DNA of 64,000 nucleotides, taken from assembly GCA_965228735.1 (NCBI GenBank), contig OZ245838.1, positions 256,001-320,000 of the forward strand, read 5' to 3'. The stretch comes from Planctomycetota bacterium (GTDB lineage: Bacteria > Planctomycetota > UBA1135 > UBA2386). Under the pieces are notes generated by a model. It saw only the letters and a list, made by a program, of their open reading frames with translations, did not search any database and was not told where the DNA came from. Shown one piece after another: positions 36,948 to 46,644 of this stretch (its first letter is position 1; the number at the start of each line of letters is the position of its first letter). The translations under genes were made by a program, and so were the position numbers.

Positions 36948-38621
36948 TTGAGCTCCGAGACCTTCCGCCGCCTCCTCCTCGAAACGAACGTGCTCGACGA
37001 GGCCCGCCTCGACAAGGCCGAGGCCGCCGCCTCGTCCCGGGGCGTCGCCCTCGAGCGCGCCGTCGTCGCGCTCAACCTCGCCGACGAGACCTCGGTATGG
37101 CGGGCGCTCGCCAAGGCGCACGGCATCAAGTTCGTCGACCCGCAGAAGCTCGTGCCGCAACCCGCGGCGCTCGAGAAGGTGCCGCTCGAGCAGATCGAGG
37201 TGAACGAAGCATTGCCGGTGCTGCTCAAGGACGACGTCCTGTGGGTCGCGATCGACGACCCGTTCAAGACGTTCGTCGCGGACAACCTGTCGTTCCTCGC
37301 GGGCTGCACGGTGCAGTGCGCGCTCATGCCGCCCGACGCGCTCAAGCAGGCGATCCGCAAGCTCGCGGGCGGCGGCGGTTCCTCGACGACGCGCGACGGT
37401 CGGCGCGTGACGAGCTCCGCCACCGAGGCCGAGGGCGAGGACGCGCCGATCATCCGGCTCGTCAGCAAGACGATCGAGGAAGCGCTCGAACAGCGCGCGA
37501 GCGATATCCACATCGAGCCGTTCCAGCAGCGCCTGCGTGTGCGGTATCGCGTCGACGGCGTGCTCAAGGAGATCTCGTCGCTCGAGATGTCACTGCACGC
37601 GCCGACGACGTCGCGCATCAAGATCATGGCCGGGCTCGACATCGCGGAGAAGCGGCGGCCGCAGGACGGTCGCATCGCGTTCCGCGCGCGCGGCAGCGAC
37701 GGGCAGACGCGCGACATCGACATCCGCACGTCGGTGCTCCCGGGCAGCCACGGCGAGACCATCGTCATGCGTCTGCTCGACAAGGAGCGCGGGCTCATGA
37801 GCCTCGAGGGGCTCGGCTTCGAAGGCGACGACCGCGAGCGCTTCCGCGGCATCATCAAGCGGCCGAACGGCATCGTGCTCGTCACGGGGCCGACCGGTTC
37901 TGGCAAGACGACGACGCTGTATGCGGCCCTGCAGGAGCTCAACCGCCCCGACGTCAAGATCATCACGGCCGAGGACCCGGTCGAGTTCAACATCCGCGGC
38001 ATCAACCAGTGCCAGGTGCGCGCGCCGATCGGACTCACGTTCGCGCGGATCCTGCGCGCGATGCTGCGCCAGGCACCCAACGTCGTGCTCGTCGGTGAGA
38101 TCCGCGACCGCGAGACCGCGGAGATCGCGGTGCAGGCCGCGCTCACGGGCCACCTCGTATTCAGCACGCTGCACACCAACGACTCGGTCTCGGCGCTGAC
38201 GCGGCTCATCGACATGGGCGTCAAGCCGTTCCTCGTCGCCGCGTCGGTGCAGGCCGTGCTCGCGCAGCGGCTCGTGCGCGTGCTCTGCAACAACTGCCGG
38301 CAGGAGACCGAAGTGTCCGCAACCGACCTGCGCTCCGTCGGCATCGACCCGGCGAGCGCATCGTCGGCGTCGCTCTATCGCGCCGAAGGGTGCGACAACT
38401 GTGAACAATCGGGCTATCGCGGCCGACTCGGCGTCTACGAACTGCTGCAGATGGACCGCACGATGCGGGAGATGACGTTCCGCGGCGAACCGACGGTGCG
38501 CCTGCGGGAATACGCGTACCAGTCCGGCGGCATGTCGACGCTGCTGCAGGACGGCGCCCGCAAGGTGCTCGGCGGCCGCACGACGGTGAACGAGCTGCTG
38601 CGCGTCGTCGCCGCGACCTGA
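36948..38621 (+). CDS. GspE/PilB-family assembly ATPase (degenerate MshEN region)
   Basis: [59 protein letters not shown]. Confidence 0.95.
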   Translation: MSSETFRRLLLETNVLDEARLDKAEAAASSRGVALERAVVALNLADETSVWRALAKAHGIKFVDPQKLVPQPAALEKVPLEQIEVNEALPVLLKDDVLWVAIDDPFKTFVADNLSFLAGCTVQCALMPPDALKQAIRKLAGGGGSSTTRDGRRVTSSATEAEGEDAPIIRLVSKTIEEALEQRASDIHIEPFQQRLRVRYRVDGVLKEISSLEMSLHAPTTSRIKIMAGLDIAEKRRPQDGRIAFRARGSDGQTRDIDIRTSVLPGSHGETIVMRLLDKERGLMSLEGLGFEGDDRERFRGIIKRPNGIVLVTGPTGSGKTTTLYAALQELNRPDVKIITAEDPVEFNIRGINQCQVRAPIGLTFARILRAMLRQAPNVVLVGEIRDRETAEIAVQAALTGHLVFSTLHTNDSVSALTRLIDMGVKPFLVAASVQAVLAQRLVRVLCNNCRQETEVSATDLRSVGIDPASASSASLYRAEGCDNCEQSGYRGRLGVYELLQMDRTMREMTFRGEPTVRLREYAYQSGGMSTLLQDGARKVLGGRTTVNELLRVVAAT

Positions 38622-38671
38622 TCACCCGCGACCTGAACTGGCCCCTCGGAATCGACTTCGGAGCAACACCC

Positions 38672-39736
38672 TTGGACATCTTCCAACTCATGGACGCCGC
38701 CTACGAACGCGGCGCCTCGGACCTTCATCTGTCGGTCGGCCGCGCGCCCGTCCTGCGCGTGTCGGGCGGCCTCGTCGAGGTCGGTGACGCATCGCTGACG
38801 CCGGAGGACACGGCGGCGATGGCCAAGGCCGTGTGTCCGGAGCGCAACCACAAGGAGCTCGAGGAGACCGGGTCGACCGACTTCGGGTACGCGTTCCAGG
38901 ACAAGTGCCGGTTCCGCGTCAGCGTGCTCACGCAGAAGGGCTCGCGCGGCATCGTCATGCGCCAGATCCCGCAGGAGCTGATGTCGTTCGATCAGATCGG
39001 GCTGCCCGAATCGGTCGTCGAGATGCTCGATCTGCACCGCGGTCTAGTGCTCGTCACCGGCCCGACGGGCTCCGGCAAGACGACGACGCTCGCGACGATG
39101 ATCGATCACATCAACAAGACGCGCGACGTCCACATCATCACGATCGAGGACCCGGTCGAGTACTACCACACGCACCAGAAGTCGCAGATCACGCAGCGCG
39201 AGGTCGGGACGGACGTGACGTCGTTCGCCGAGGCGATGCGCCGCGCGCTGCGTCAGGACCCGGACGTGATCCTGCTCGGTGAGATGCGCGATCTCGAGAC
39301 GACGTCGGCCGCGATCACGGCGGCGGAGACGGGCCACCTCGTCTTCGGCACGCTGCACACGACGGGCGCGGCGCGCACCGTCGATCGCATCATCGATCAA
39401 TACCCGCGCGAACAGCAGGAACAGATCCGTTCGCAGCTGTCCGTGTCGCTCGTCGCCGTGATCTCGCAGATCCTCGTCCCGGGTGCGAGCGGCGGGCGCT
39501 GCGCGGCGTTCGAGGTGATGATCACGAACCCGGCGATCGAGAACCACATCCGCAAGAGCGAGACGTTCAAGATCCCGTCGGTCATCCAGACGAGTCGGCG
39601 TCAGGGCATGATGCTCATGGACGACTGCCTGCTCGATCTCTATCGCGAGGGTCGCATCACGCGCGAGGTCGCGCTCGAGCGCGCGTTCGACGAGAAGGCG
39701 CTCCTGGCCCGCATGGGCGGCGGGGCGGCGGAGTAG
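38672..39736 (+). CDS. pilT: Type IV pilus retraction ATPase
   Basis: [58 protein letters not shown] (AIRNLIRE-like); 354 aa. Confidence 0.94.
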   Translation: MDIFQLMDAAYERGASDLHLSVGRAPVLRVSGGLVEVGDASLTPEDTAAMAKAVCPERNHKELEETGSTDFGYAFQDKCRFRVSVLTQKGSRGIVMRQIPQELMSFDQIGLPESVVEMLDLHRGLVLVTGPTGSGKTTTLATMIDHINKTRDVHIITIEDPVEYYHTHQKSQITQREVGTDVTSFAEAMRRALRQDPDVILLGEMRDLETTSAAITAAETGHLVFGTLHTTGAARTVDRIIDQYPREQQEQIRSQLSVSLVAVISQILVPGASGGRCAAFEVMITNPAIENHIRKSETFKIPSVIQTSRRQGMMLMDDCLLDLYREGRITREVALERAFDEKALLARMGGGAAE

Positions 39737-39742
39737 CGGGTC

Positions 39743-41434
39743 ATGGCAGCGCGACGACTGCTGGGCCAGATCCTCAAGGAGATGGGCCTGATCCACGAGG
39801 GCAACGTCCAGGAGGCGCTGCAGACGCAGCGTGACAACGGCGGCCGCATCGGCGAGATCCTCGTCGAGATGAAGTGCGTCGAGCCGACCGACGTGGCGCG
39901 CGCGCTCGGCGAGCAGGCAGGGCTGCAGTATCACGACCTCGCGGCCGAGCCGCCGCAGCACGAAGCCGTCGCCAAGCTCGACCTCGGCACCGCCCGCGCG
40001 TTCGGCGTCATGCCGGTCAAGCTCGACGGCCAGACGCTCACGGTCGCGATCGGCGACCCGGCCAACGCGGCGTTGCTGTCGGATCTCGGGTTCACGACGG
40101 GCTGCGAGATCGTCGGCGTCGTCGCCGATCAGCAAGCGATCGACGCGGGCCTCGACAAGTTCTACGTCGAGGAGGCGGCGCAGAGCAAAGAACGCATGCA
40201 GGAGCTCGTGTCCGAGCTCTCGCAACAGAGCGGGCAGATCGATCTCGAGGACAAGGCCGCGATGGCTTCGGCCGCGCCGGTCGTCAAGCTGCTCAACTAC
40301 ATCCTCTACCAGGCGATCCGCGATCAGGCGTCCGACGTCCATCTCGAGCCGTTCGAGAACGACTTCAAGATCCGCTACCGCGTCGACGGCTCTCTGTTCG
40401 AGCTCGAGGCGCCGCCCCCGCACCTCGCCGAGGCGCTGATCGCCCGCGTCAAGGTCATGTCCGACCTCGACATCGCCGAGACCCGGCTGCCGCAGGACGG
40501 CCGCATCGAGCTCACGGTGGGCGGGCGTTCCGTCGATCTGCGTGTTTCCACGCTGCCCACGATGTTCGGCGAGTCGACCGTGATGCGCGTGCTCGACCGT
40601 TCGGTCGTGTCGCTGAGCCTCGACCGCCTCGGGCTGCAGCCCAAGGTCAAGCAGCAGCTGCGTCACTTCGTCGAACTGCCGCACGGCATCATGCTCGTGA
40701 CGGGGCCGACGGGCTCCGGCAAGACGACGACGCTCTACGCGATGCTCAACGAGGCCAACGACGAAGAGACCAAGGTCATCACCGTCGAGGACCCGGTCGA
40801 GTACGACCTCGAGGGCATCATCCAGGTGCCGGTCAACGAGGAGATCGACGTCACCTACGCGAAGGTGCTGCGCACGATCCTGCGTCAGGATCCGGACGTG
40901 ATCCTCGTCGGTGAGATTCGCGACCGCGAGACGGCGCAGACGGCGATCGAGGCGTCGCTCACGGGTCACCTCGTGTTCTCGACGCTGCACACCAACGACG
41001 CCGCGTCCGCCGTCACGCGACTCGCGGACATCGGCATCGAACCGTTCCTGCTCACCGCGACGTTGCAGGGCATTCTCGCGCAGCGCCTCGTGCGTCGCAT
41101 CTGCACCGAGTGCAAGACGTTCTACGAGCCCGGCGACGACGTGCTGCGGCGGCTCGAGCTCACGAACGATCAGGTCGCGGGCGCCAAGTTCGCCTACGGC
41201 AAGGGCTGTCAGCTCTGCAACTTCACGGGGTACCGCGGTCGCATGGCGATCACCGAGGTGTTCGTCATCGACGACCGCATCCGCGAGATGATCCTGGATG
41301 GCGTGAGCACCGCGCAGCTGCAGGAGGCCGCCGTCGAGGCCGGCATGTCGACGCTGCGCGAGAGCGGCATCGAGGCGATCTTCAGCGGCGAGTCGACGGT
41401 CGAGGAAGTGTTGCGCGAGGCCGGTCACTCATGA
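39743..41434 (+). CDS. pilB: PilB/GspE-family assembly ATPase with MshEN-like N-terminus
   Basis: [28 protein letters not shown]; Walker A/B, Asp and His boxes; CTEC..CQLC. Confidence 0.93.
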   Translation: MAARRLLGQILKEMGLIHEGNVQEALQTQRDNGGRIGEILVEMKCVEPTDVARALGEQAGLQYHDLAAEPPQHEAVAKLDLGTARAFGVMPVKLDGQTLTVAIGDPANAALLSDLGFTTGCEIVGVVADQQAIDAGLDKFYVEEAAQSKERMQELVSELSQQSGQIDLEDKAAMASAAPVVKLLNYILYQAIRDQASDVHLEPFENDFKIRYRVDGSLFELEAPPPHLAEALIARVKVMSDLDIAETRLPQDGRIELTVGGRSVDLRVSTLPTMFGESTVMRVLDRSVVSLSLDRLGLQPKVKQQLRHFVELPHGIMLVTGPTGSGKTTTLYAMLNEANDEETKVITVEDPVEYDLEGIIQVPVNEEIDVTYAKVLRTILRQDPDVILVGEIRDRETAQTAIEASLTGHLVFSTLHTNDAASAVTRLADIGIEPFLLTATLQGILAQRLVRRICTECKTFYEPGDDVLRRLELTNDQVAGAKFAYGKGCQLCNFTGYRGRMAITEVFVIDDRIREMILDGVSTAQLQEAAVEAGMSTLRESGIEAIFSGESTVEEVLREAGHS

Positions 41435-42024
41435 GTTCTGCCGAAGACCCGAGGAGCGACGAGCCGGCCAAGGCCGAGTTCGAGGCCGCCGTTCGGATCA
41501 TGCTCGCGCAGCTCGATCCCGAGCCCGAGCGCGAGGGCCTCGTCGACACGCCCAAACGCGTCGAGAAGGCGTTCCGCTTCTACACCGCCGGCTACCAGCG
41601 GGACGCGAAAGCGGTCGTCGGTGACGCGCTGTTCGAGGCCGAGACCGACGAGATGGTCGTCGTGAAGGACATCGAGCTCTACTCGCTCTGCGAGCACCAT
41701 CTCGCGCCGTTCTTCGGCAAGGCCCACGTCGCCTACATCCCCGGTGACAAGATCGTCGGTCTGAGTAAGCTCGCGCGCGTCGTCGACGTCTTCGCGCGGC
41801 GCCTGCAGGTGCAGGAACGCCTGACGATGCAGATCGCCGAAGCGCTCAACGACGTGCTCAAGCCGCGCGGTGTCGGCGTCGTGATCGAAGCCAGCCACCT
41901 CTGCATGATGATGCGCGGCGTCGCGAAGCAGAACAGCAGCACCGTGACGTCGTGTCTCCTCGGTCTCTTCCGCAAGGACGAGCGCACGCGCGCCGAGTTC
42001 TTGCGGCTGATCGGCGGGCGGTAG
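41431..42024 (+). CDS. folE: GTP cyclohydrolase I
   Basis: [51 protein letters not shown] overlap with pilB. Confidence 0.96.
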   Translation: MSSAEDPRSDEPAKAEFEAAVRIMLAQLDPEPEREGLVDTPKRVEKAFRFYTAGYQRDAKAVVGDALFEAETDEMVVVKDIELYSLCEHHLAPFFGKAHVAYIPGDKIVGLSKLARVVDVFARRLQVQERLTMQIAEALNDVLKPRGVGVVIEASHLCMMMRGVAKQNSSTVTSCLLGLFRKDERTRAEFLRLIGGR

Positions 42025-42333
42025 GGTGTCTGCTGTTGTGGACTGCGGGGTTGGTGGCGCAGCGCGCGCCGACCTTCTTCACCGTCACCGGGCCGGATAA
42101 CAGCCCGCTCGCCGGGGCAGCCGTGGTCGCGGTTGCCACGCCGAACCTCGCCGCACCGTGGCCACTCGATGTGCGTAGCGGCTTGTCCGACGCGCGGGGG
42201 CGCGCGCAGTTCGAACTCGAGATCGGGCGCGTGTACATCTAGAGCGGCGCGGGTGATGGCCCCGTCGACGACGACGACATCCTGTGGCTTCGACGCGGAC
42301 CGCGAGGGCGAGGTCCAGGTCACTCTCCAGTAG
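42025..42333 (+). pseudogene. Possible remnant of an exported Ig-like/carboxypeptidase-regulatory-like domain protein
   Basis: LLLWTAGLVAQ..VTGPDNSPLAGAAV..SDARGRAQF pattern, with no clear start and an early stop at 42242. Confidence 0.3.
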
Positions 42334-42464
42334 GAGCGCGGGTTCCTCAGCCCAGCCCCGGGTCCGCGTGACGAAGGCCCGTGACCAGGTCGCTCGATGC
42401 GCGTCCGTACGCGAGGCCCCTGGTTCCCTTCGCGACGGCCCGTGGCCAGGTCCGTCCGAAGATG

Positions 42465-42541
42465 TGGTAGCAGGAGCCGGACTTGAACCGGCGACCTATG
42501 GCTTATGAAGCCACCGCTCTAACCGACTGAGCTATCCTGCC
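42465..42541 (-). tRNA. tRNA-Met(CAT), non-initiator type (elongator Met most likely; Ile2 not excluded)
   Basis: GGCAGGATAGCTCAGTCGGTTAGAGCGGTGGCTTCATAAGCCATAGGTCGCCGGTTCAAGTCCGGCTCCTGCTACCA: 77-nt cloverleaf, anticodon CAT, encoded CCA; lacks the initiator C1:A72 mismatch and three G-C anticodon-stem pairs. Confidence 0.95.
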
Positions 42542-42753
42542 AGGAAGGACCGAACGCCCTGATCGGGCATTTTCGGGGCGGGGAGGAAACACGATTCGAG
42601 GCGGTCGTGCAAGCACGATTTCGGCGGGGCGCCGCTTCGTGCCACGTCTTGATCCTCCTGTGAGCAGGGCGTTTGCGTGCCCGGGGCCGGGCACCCGGGT
42701 CATTCCTCGTAGTCTTGGCTGTAACTTTTGTCGGGTCGCGGCGTAGATGGGGG

Positions 42754-42882
42754 TGCGGGTGGCATGGACCCGCAAACGAGACGAGGTGGGCTCCCTGGCT
42801 GGATTCTCCTCCTCCCTGACTGCGACTCTCCTTTGACGTTCCTCCAAACGACATAGCACCCCCAGCCAGGGAGCCTTTTTTT
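42754..42882 (+). ncRNA. Candidate structured sRNA or leader with CCUCC motifs and terminator-like end
   Basis: 7-bp hairpin at 42754-42774; perfect 14-bp stem 42789-42802/42862-42875 followed by T7; enclosed CCTCCTCCC, CTCCT and CCTCC. Confidence 0.4.
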
Positions 42883-43008
42883 CCTCCGCCGGCGCCTCGC
42901 CGCGCGCTCTCGACGTCAGCCTCCCGCCGCGTGAATCGCGGCCCGTGAGTGCGACACCGCGGGTTCGGCTCGCGTCCCCGATCGCTCGATGCTACGAGTC
43001 TGGGCGCC

Positions 43009-44115
43009 ATGACCCGTGATCCGGCCGCTGCTTCCCCCGACCCGGCTCAGCCCGACTGGCTCGCTGGCTGGGACCCCGGCGGCGCCGCTACCGCAGACAG
43101 CGGCATCTTCGGTCTGCCGTGCCCGGCCGACCAGGCGGCGATCGGCATCGTGCCGGTGCCGTTCGCGGCGACGGTGAGCTACGGCGGTGGGGCCGAACGT
43201 GGGCCCGCGGCGGTGCTCGCTGCGAGCCACCAGGTCGACCTCTATGACCTGCAGTTCGGCCGGATCTACGAACGTGGCATCCACCTCGCCGAGCCCGATG
43301 CCGCCATCGCCAAGGCGCACGCCGAAGCGCGGCCGCAGTGCGAGGCCGTCATCGAGGCCGGCGGCGCGGGCGCCGGCTCGGATGCGGTCGCCGCCGTCGA
43401 TGCGGCGGGCGCGCTCGTGAACGAGCGGGTTCGCGCCGCGGTCACCGAGCTGCTCGACGCCGGGCGTGTGCCGGCCGTTCTTGGCGGCGATCACTCCGTG
43501 CCGTTCGGCGCGATCGCCGCGGTCGCCGAACGCCACCCCGGCGTCGGCATCCTGCACGTCGACGCGCACGCGGATCTGCGCGCGGCCTACGAGGGGTTCC
43601 GCTGGAGTCACGCGTCGATCATGCACAACGTGCTCGCGGAGGTGCCGGGCGTCGCGCGCATCGTGCAGGTCGGCATCCGCGACTTCAGCGAGGACGAGCT
43701 GCGCGCGATCGAGGGCGCTGCCGGGCGCGTCGTCACGCACTTCGATGCGGAATGGCAGCGCCGCCGCTTCGAGGGCGAGTCGTTCGCCAGTCTCTGTCAT
43801 GAGGCGATCGCCGCGCTGCCGAACGAGGTCTACGTGAGCTTCGACATCGACGGGCTCGACCCGGCGCTGTGTCCCAACACGGGCACCCCGGTGCCCTCCG
43901 GTCTGCAGTTCGCGGAAGCGACGTTCCTGCTCGGCGCTCTCACGGCCAGCGGTCGTCGCATCGTCGGGTTCGACCTCGTGGAGGTCGCGCCGGCGCCGGT
44001 CGACGCGGCCGCCGAGAACGGCGCGGCGTCGGACACGGCGGCCGCGGAATGGGACGCGAACGTCGGCGCCCGGCTGCTCTACAAACTCTGCGGCGCCGCG
44101 CTCCACACGCAGTAA
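43009..44115 (+). CDS. Agmatinase/arginase-family ureohydrolase
   Basis: TVSYGGGAERGP, LGGDHS, HVDAHADLR, SHAS, QVGIRD, SFDIDGLDP, GTP, DLVE. Confidence 0.93.
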   Translation: MTRDPAAASPDPAQPDWLAGWDPGGAATADSGIFGLPCPADQAAIGIVPVPFAATVSYGGGAERGPAAVLAASHQVDLYDLQFGRIYERGIHLAEPDAAIAKAHAEARPQCEAVIEAGGAGAGSDAVAAVDAAGALVNERVRAAVTELLDAGRVPAVLGGDHSVPFGAIAAVAERHPGVGILHVDAHADLRAAYEGFRWSHASIMHNVLAEVPGVARIVQVGIRDFSEDELRAIEGAAGRVVTHFDAEWQRRRFEGESFASLCHEAIAALPNEVYVSFDIDGLDPALCPNTGTPVPSGLQFAEATFLLGALTASGRRIVGFDLVEVAPAPVDAAAENGAASDTAAAEWDANVGARLLYKLCGAALHTQ

Positions 44116-44117
44116 CC

Positions 44118-44154
44118 GGGGTTGGGTACGGTGCCAGGCACCGTACGCAACCCC
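44118..44154. repeat. 37-bp near-perfect palindrome (REP-like)
   Basis: GGGGTTG-G-GTACGGTGCC-A-GGCACCGTAC-G-CAACCCC, immediately after the ureohydrolase stop. Confidence 0.75.
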
Positions 44155-44195
44155 CTCAAGGTCGTCTGGCCGATGGTCGATAGCCGGAAGCGAGG

Positions 44196-45320
44196 ATGTC
44201 CGATTCCGTCGACACCAACGGGGCCGCGATCGTGGAGCGTCCTGCCGGCGCCGAGCTGGCGCAGGCCGACGCGGCGCGCGCGTTCGTGCCGTTTGCGCGC
44301 GCGACGATCGCGGAGTTGCGGGACGGACTCGAGGCTGGGGCGACGACGGATTGGCATGACGCGCTGCGCGTGCTGAGCGGAACGTTGCAGGCGCTCGATC
44401 TGCCGCTGCCCGCGCGGTTGTGTCGGGTCGCGCCCGCGGCGGATCCGGACGCCGTCGACCCATCGGTGCGCGGCGCAGTGCTCGACGTTCTCGGTTCTGC
44501 CGTCGACCGGCTCGCGGCCGACCCGGCGGGGGCGGCAACGCCAGCGCCCGAGGATCCGGCGATCGCGGCGGCGCAGCAGCTCGTCGCCACACTGAGCGGG
44601 GACGCGGATGCCGACCTCGAATGCGAGCCCGGCGGTGAGTTTGCCGCGGACTGCGCCGAGTTCGTCGGCGCGCTGCGCGACGAGATGGTGCTCGTCGAAT
44701 CGATCTTCAAGGCCGGTGGGGTGCCGAACGTGGAGCAGCGCACGGAGGCGCGCGGGGCCGCGAGCGGCGTCGCCGCGATCGCCGCGATGCTCGAGGTCGC
44801 GCCGATCGTCGAGCTCGCGCGCGTGGTCGCCGGTGTGCTGAGTCGCGAACTGGATTGGGACGCCCTCGACGAACTCGAGCCGGTCGTCGAACGGCTGCGG
44901 CAACTCGTCGAGGCGGTCGCCGGCGCCGATGGGCCGACGGTCGGTGAGTTCGGCGCCGCGTTCGATGCGGCGTTCGCCATCACGCTGCGGCGGCCCGTCG
45001 ACGCCGTTCTCGAAGTCGAGATCGCAGGCGAGGCGGTCGGGGTGCCGGCTGCGTTCGTCGGCGAAGTGCTCGCGGTCGCGGAAGCGACGGCGCGCGGCCT
45101 CACGTTGGTCGACCCCCAGGGCGGCAGCGGCGGCAGCAACGCGGTCGGGCCGGTGAGCAGCGTCGTGGCTTTGACCCCGGCGGCGGTCGATGCTGCGGGC
45201 GTCGAGGCGCCGGGCGCGGGTTTCGGTCTCGTCGTCGACGCCGTGCTGGGCGTGCGACCGGCGGTCGAGGCCGCGGAACTCGAGCTCCTCGACGTCGAGA
45301 GTCTGCTCGCCGACGCCTGA
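44196..45320 (+). CDS. Hypothetical protein with degenerate Hpt-like bundle and C-terminal CheW-like domain
   Basis: EFAADCAEFVGALRDEMVLVE..AAIAAMLEVAPIVELARVV (Hpt-like, no His); LEVEIAGEAVGVPAAFVGEV..FGLVVDAVLG (CheW-like); SD GAGG. Confidence 0.55.
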   Translation: MSDSVDTNGAAIVERPAGAELAQADAARAFVPFARATIAELRDGLEAGATTDWHDALRVLSGTLQALDLPLPARLCRVAPAADPDAVDPSVRGAVLDVLGSAVDRLAADPAGAATPAPEDPAIAAAQQLVATLSGDADADLECEPGGEFAADCAEFVGALRDEMVLVESIFKAGGVPNVEQRTEARGAASGVAAIAAMLEVAPIVELARVVAGVLSRELDWDALDELEPVVERLRQLVEAVAGADGPTVGEFGAAFDAAFAITLRRPVDAVLEVEIAGEAVGVPAAFVGEVLAVAEATARGLTLVDPQGGSGGSNAVGPVSSVVALTPAAVDAAGVEAPGAGFGLVVDAVLGVRPAVEAAELELLDVESLLADA

Positions 45321-45393
45321 GTCCGACTCCGGACACCGGTGCGCGCCACTGTTGCCTTGCGTCGGGCGTGCGCGGGCACCAAAGTCGTCGGCG

Positions 45394-46644
45394 ATGCCGC
45401 AGCCGATCACCCTGTTCGAAGCCCGCGACCACGTTCTCGGAGCCGCCTGCCCCGAGCTGCCCGCCGAGCGGGTGCCGCTCGCCGAAGCGCGCGGCCGGTT
45501 CCTCGCGACTGACGTCGCGAGCGATGGACCGTGGCCGGCGACCGACCGTTCCGCGATGGACGGCTTCGCCGCCGCGGCGGGCAGCAGCGGGATCGCCGCC
45601 GGCACGACGTTGCCGGTCGTCGGCGAGAGCCTCGCGGGCAAGCCGTTCGATGGCGAGCTCGCCAGCGGGCAGGCGATTCGGATCATGACGGGCGCGGTCG
45701 TACCGGCGGGCACTGATGCGGTCGTGCCCGTCGAACTGACGAGCGGCTACGCGGGTGAGACCGTCACGTTCAACGACGCAGTGCAGAGCGGGCAGAACGT
45801 GCGGCCACAGGGCTCGGAGCTCTCGGCGGGCGCGGTCGTCCTGCGGGCCGGGCAACGCATCGGCGCGGCCGAGATCGGCGCGCTCGCGGTGCTCGGTCAC
45901 GCCGAGGTCGGCGTGCGGCGGCGGGTGAGGGTCGGCATCGTCGCGACCGGTGACGAGGTCGTGCCCGTGGACCAGCAACCGTTGCCGCACCAGGTGCGCG
46001 AGAGCAACTCGTGGGCGCTCGCCGCGCAGGTCGAGGAGTGCGGCGCCGAGGCGATGCGGCTCGGCATCGCGCCCGACGAATCGGCAGCGTTGCGAGCGAT
46101 GTTGCAGGACGGGCTCGAACGCGCCGACGTCGTCGTGACCATCGGCGGCGTGAGCAAGGGCACGCACGATCTCGTGCACGGCACGCTGACCGAGCTCGGC
46201 GTCGACACGGTGTTCCACGGCATCCGGTTGAAGCCCGGCAAGCCGACCTACTTCGGCACCCGCGCGGCCGGTGTCGCGGGGCAGGGTGGCGCGGCGTTCG
46301 CGTTCGGGCTGCCCGGCAACCCGGCGTCGAGCTTCACCGTGTTCGACCTGCTCGTGCGACCGATGCTCGTGCGGCTTGCGGGTGGCGCGCCCGGCGAGTG
46401 GGGCGGTGCGCTGCCGCCCGGCGGGCAGCCGTGGCGCAGCAACCGCCGGCTGCAGGCCGTGCCCGCGCGGCTCGCGCTCACCGCGAACGGCGCCGCCGTG
46501 GAGCTCGGCTCGGCCCGACCGAGCGGCGATCCGTTCAGCCTGCTCGGCAGCGACCTTTACGCGCTGGTGCCCGCGGAGCGCAGTCCCGACGACGTGGACG
46601 CCGTGCAGGTCGTCGGGCGCTCGCGTGGCGTGGAGTTGCCGTGA
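45394..46644 (+). CDS. moeA: Molybdopterin molybdotransferase
   Basis: SAMDGFA, RIMTGA, ATGDEV, ESNS, GGVSKG, KPGKP, GLPGNP. Confidence 0.95.
   Translation: MPQPITLFEARDHVLGAACPELPAERVPLAEARGRFLATDVASDGPWPATDRSAMDGFAAAAGSSGIAAGTTLPVVGESLAGKPFDGELASGQAIRIMTGAVVPAGTDAVVPVELTSGYAGETVTFNDAVQSGQNVRPQGSELSAGAVVLRAGQRIGAAEIGALAVLGHAEVGVRRRVRVGIVATGDEVVPVDQQPLPHQVRESNSWALAAQVEECGAEAMRLGIAPDESAALRAMLQDGLERADVVVTIGGVSKGTHDLVHGTLTELGVDTVFHGIRLKPGKPTYFGTRAAGVAGQGGAAFAFGLPGNPASSFTVFDLLVRPMLVRLAGGAPGEWGGALPPGGQPWRSNRRLQAVPARLALTANGAAVELGSARPSGDPFSLLGSDLYALVPAERSPDDVDAVQVVGRSRGVELP

Noticed and set aside
42333..42541. tRNA-anchored genomic island or prophage att site
   Set aside because: No integrase, and I saw no duplicate of the tRNA 3' end in the window; only a small gene remnant and an imperfect 16-bp direct repeat nearby.
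42700..43008. Guanidine riboswitch upstream of the ureohydrolase
   Set aside because: No ykkC-type conserved segments or paired ACG(A/G)-loop hairpins were recognisable.
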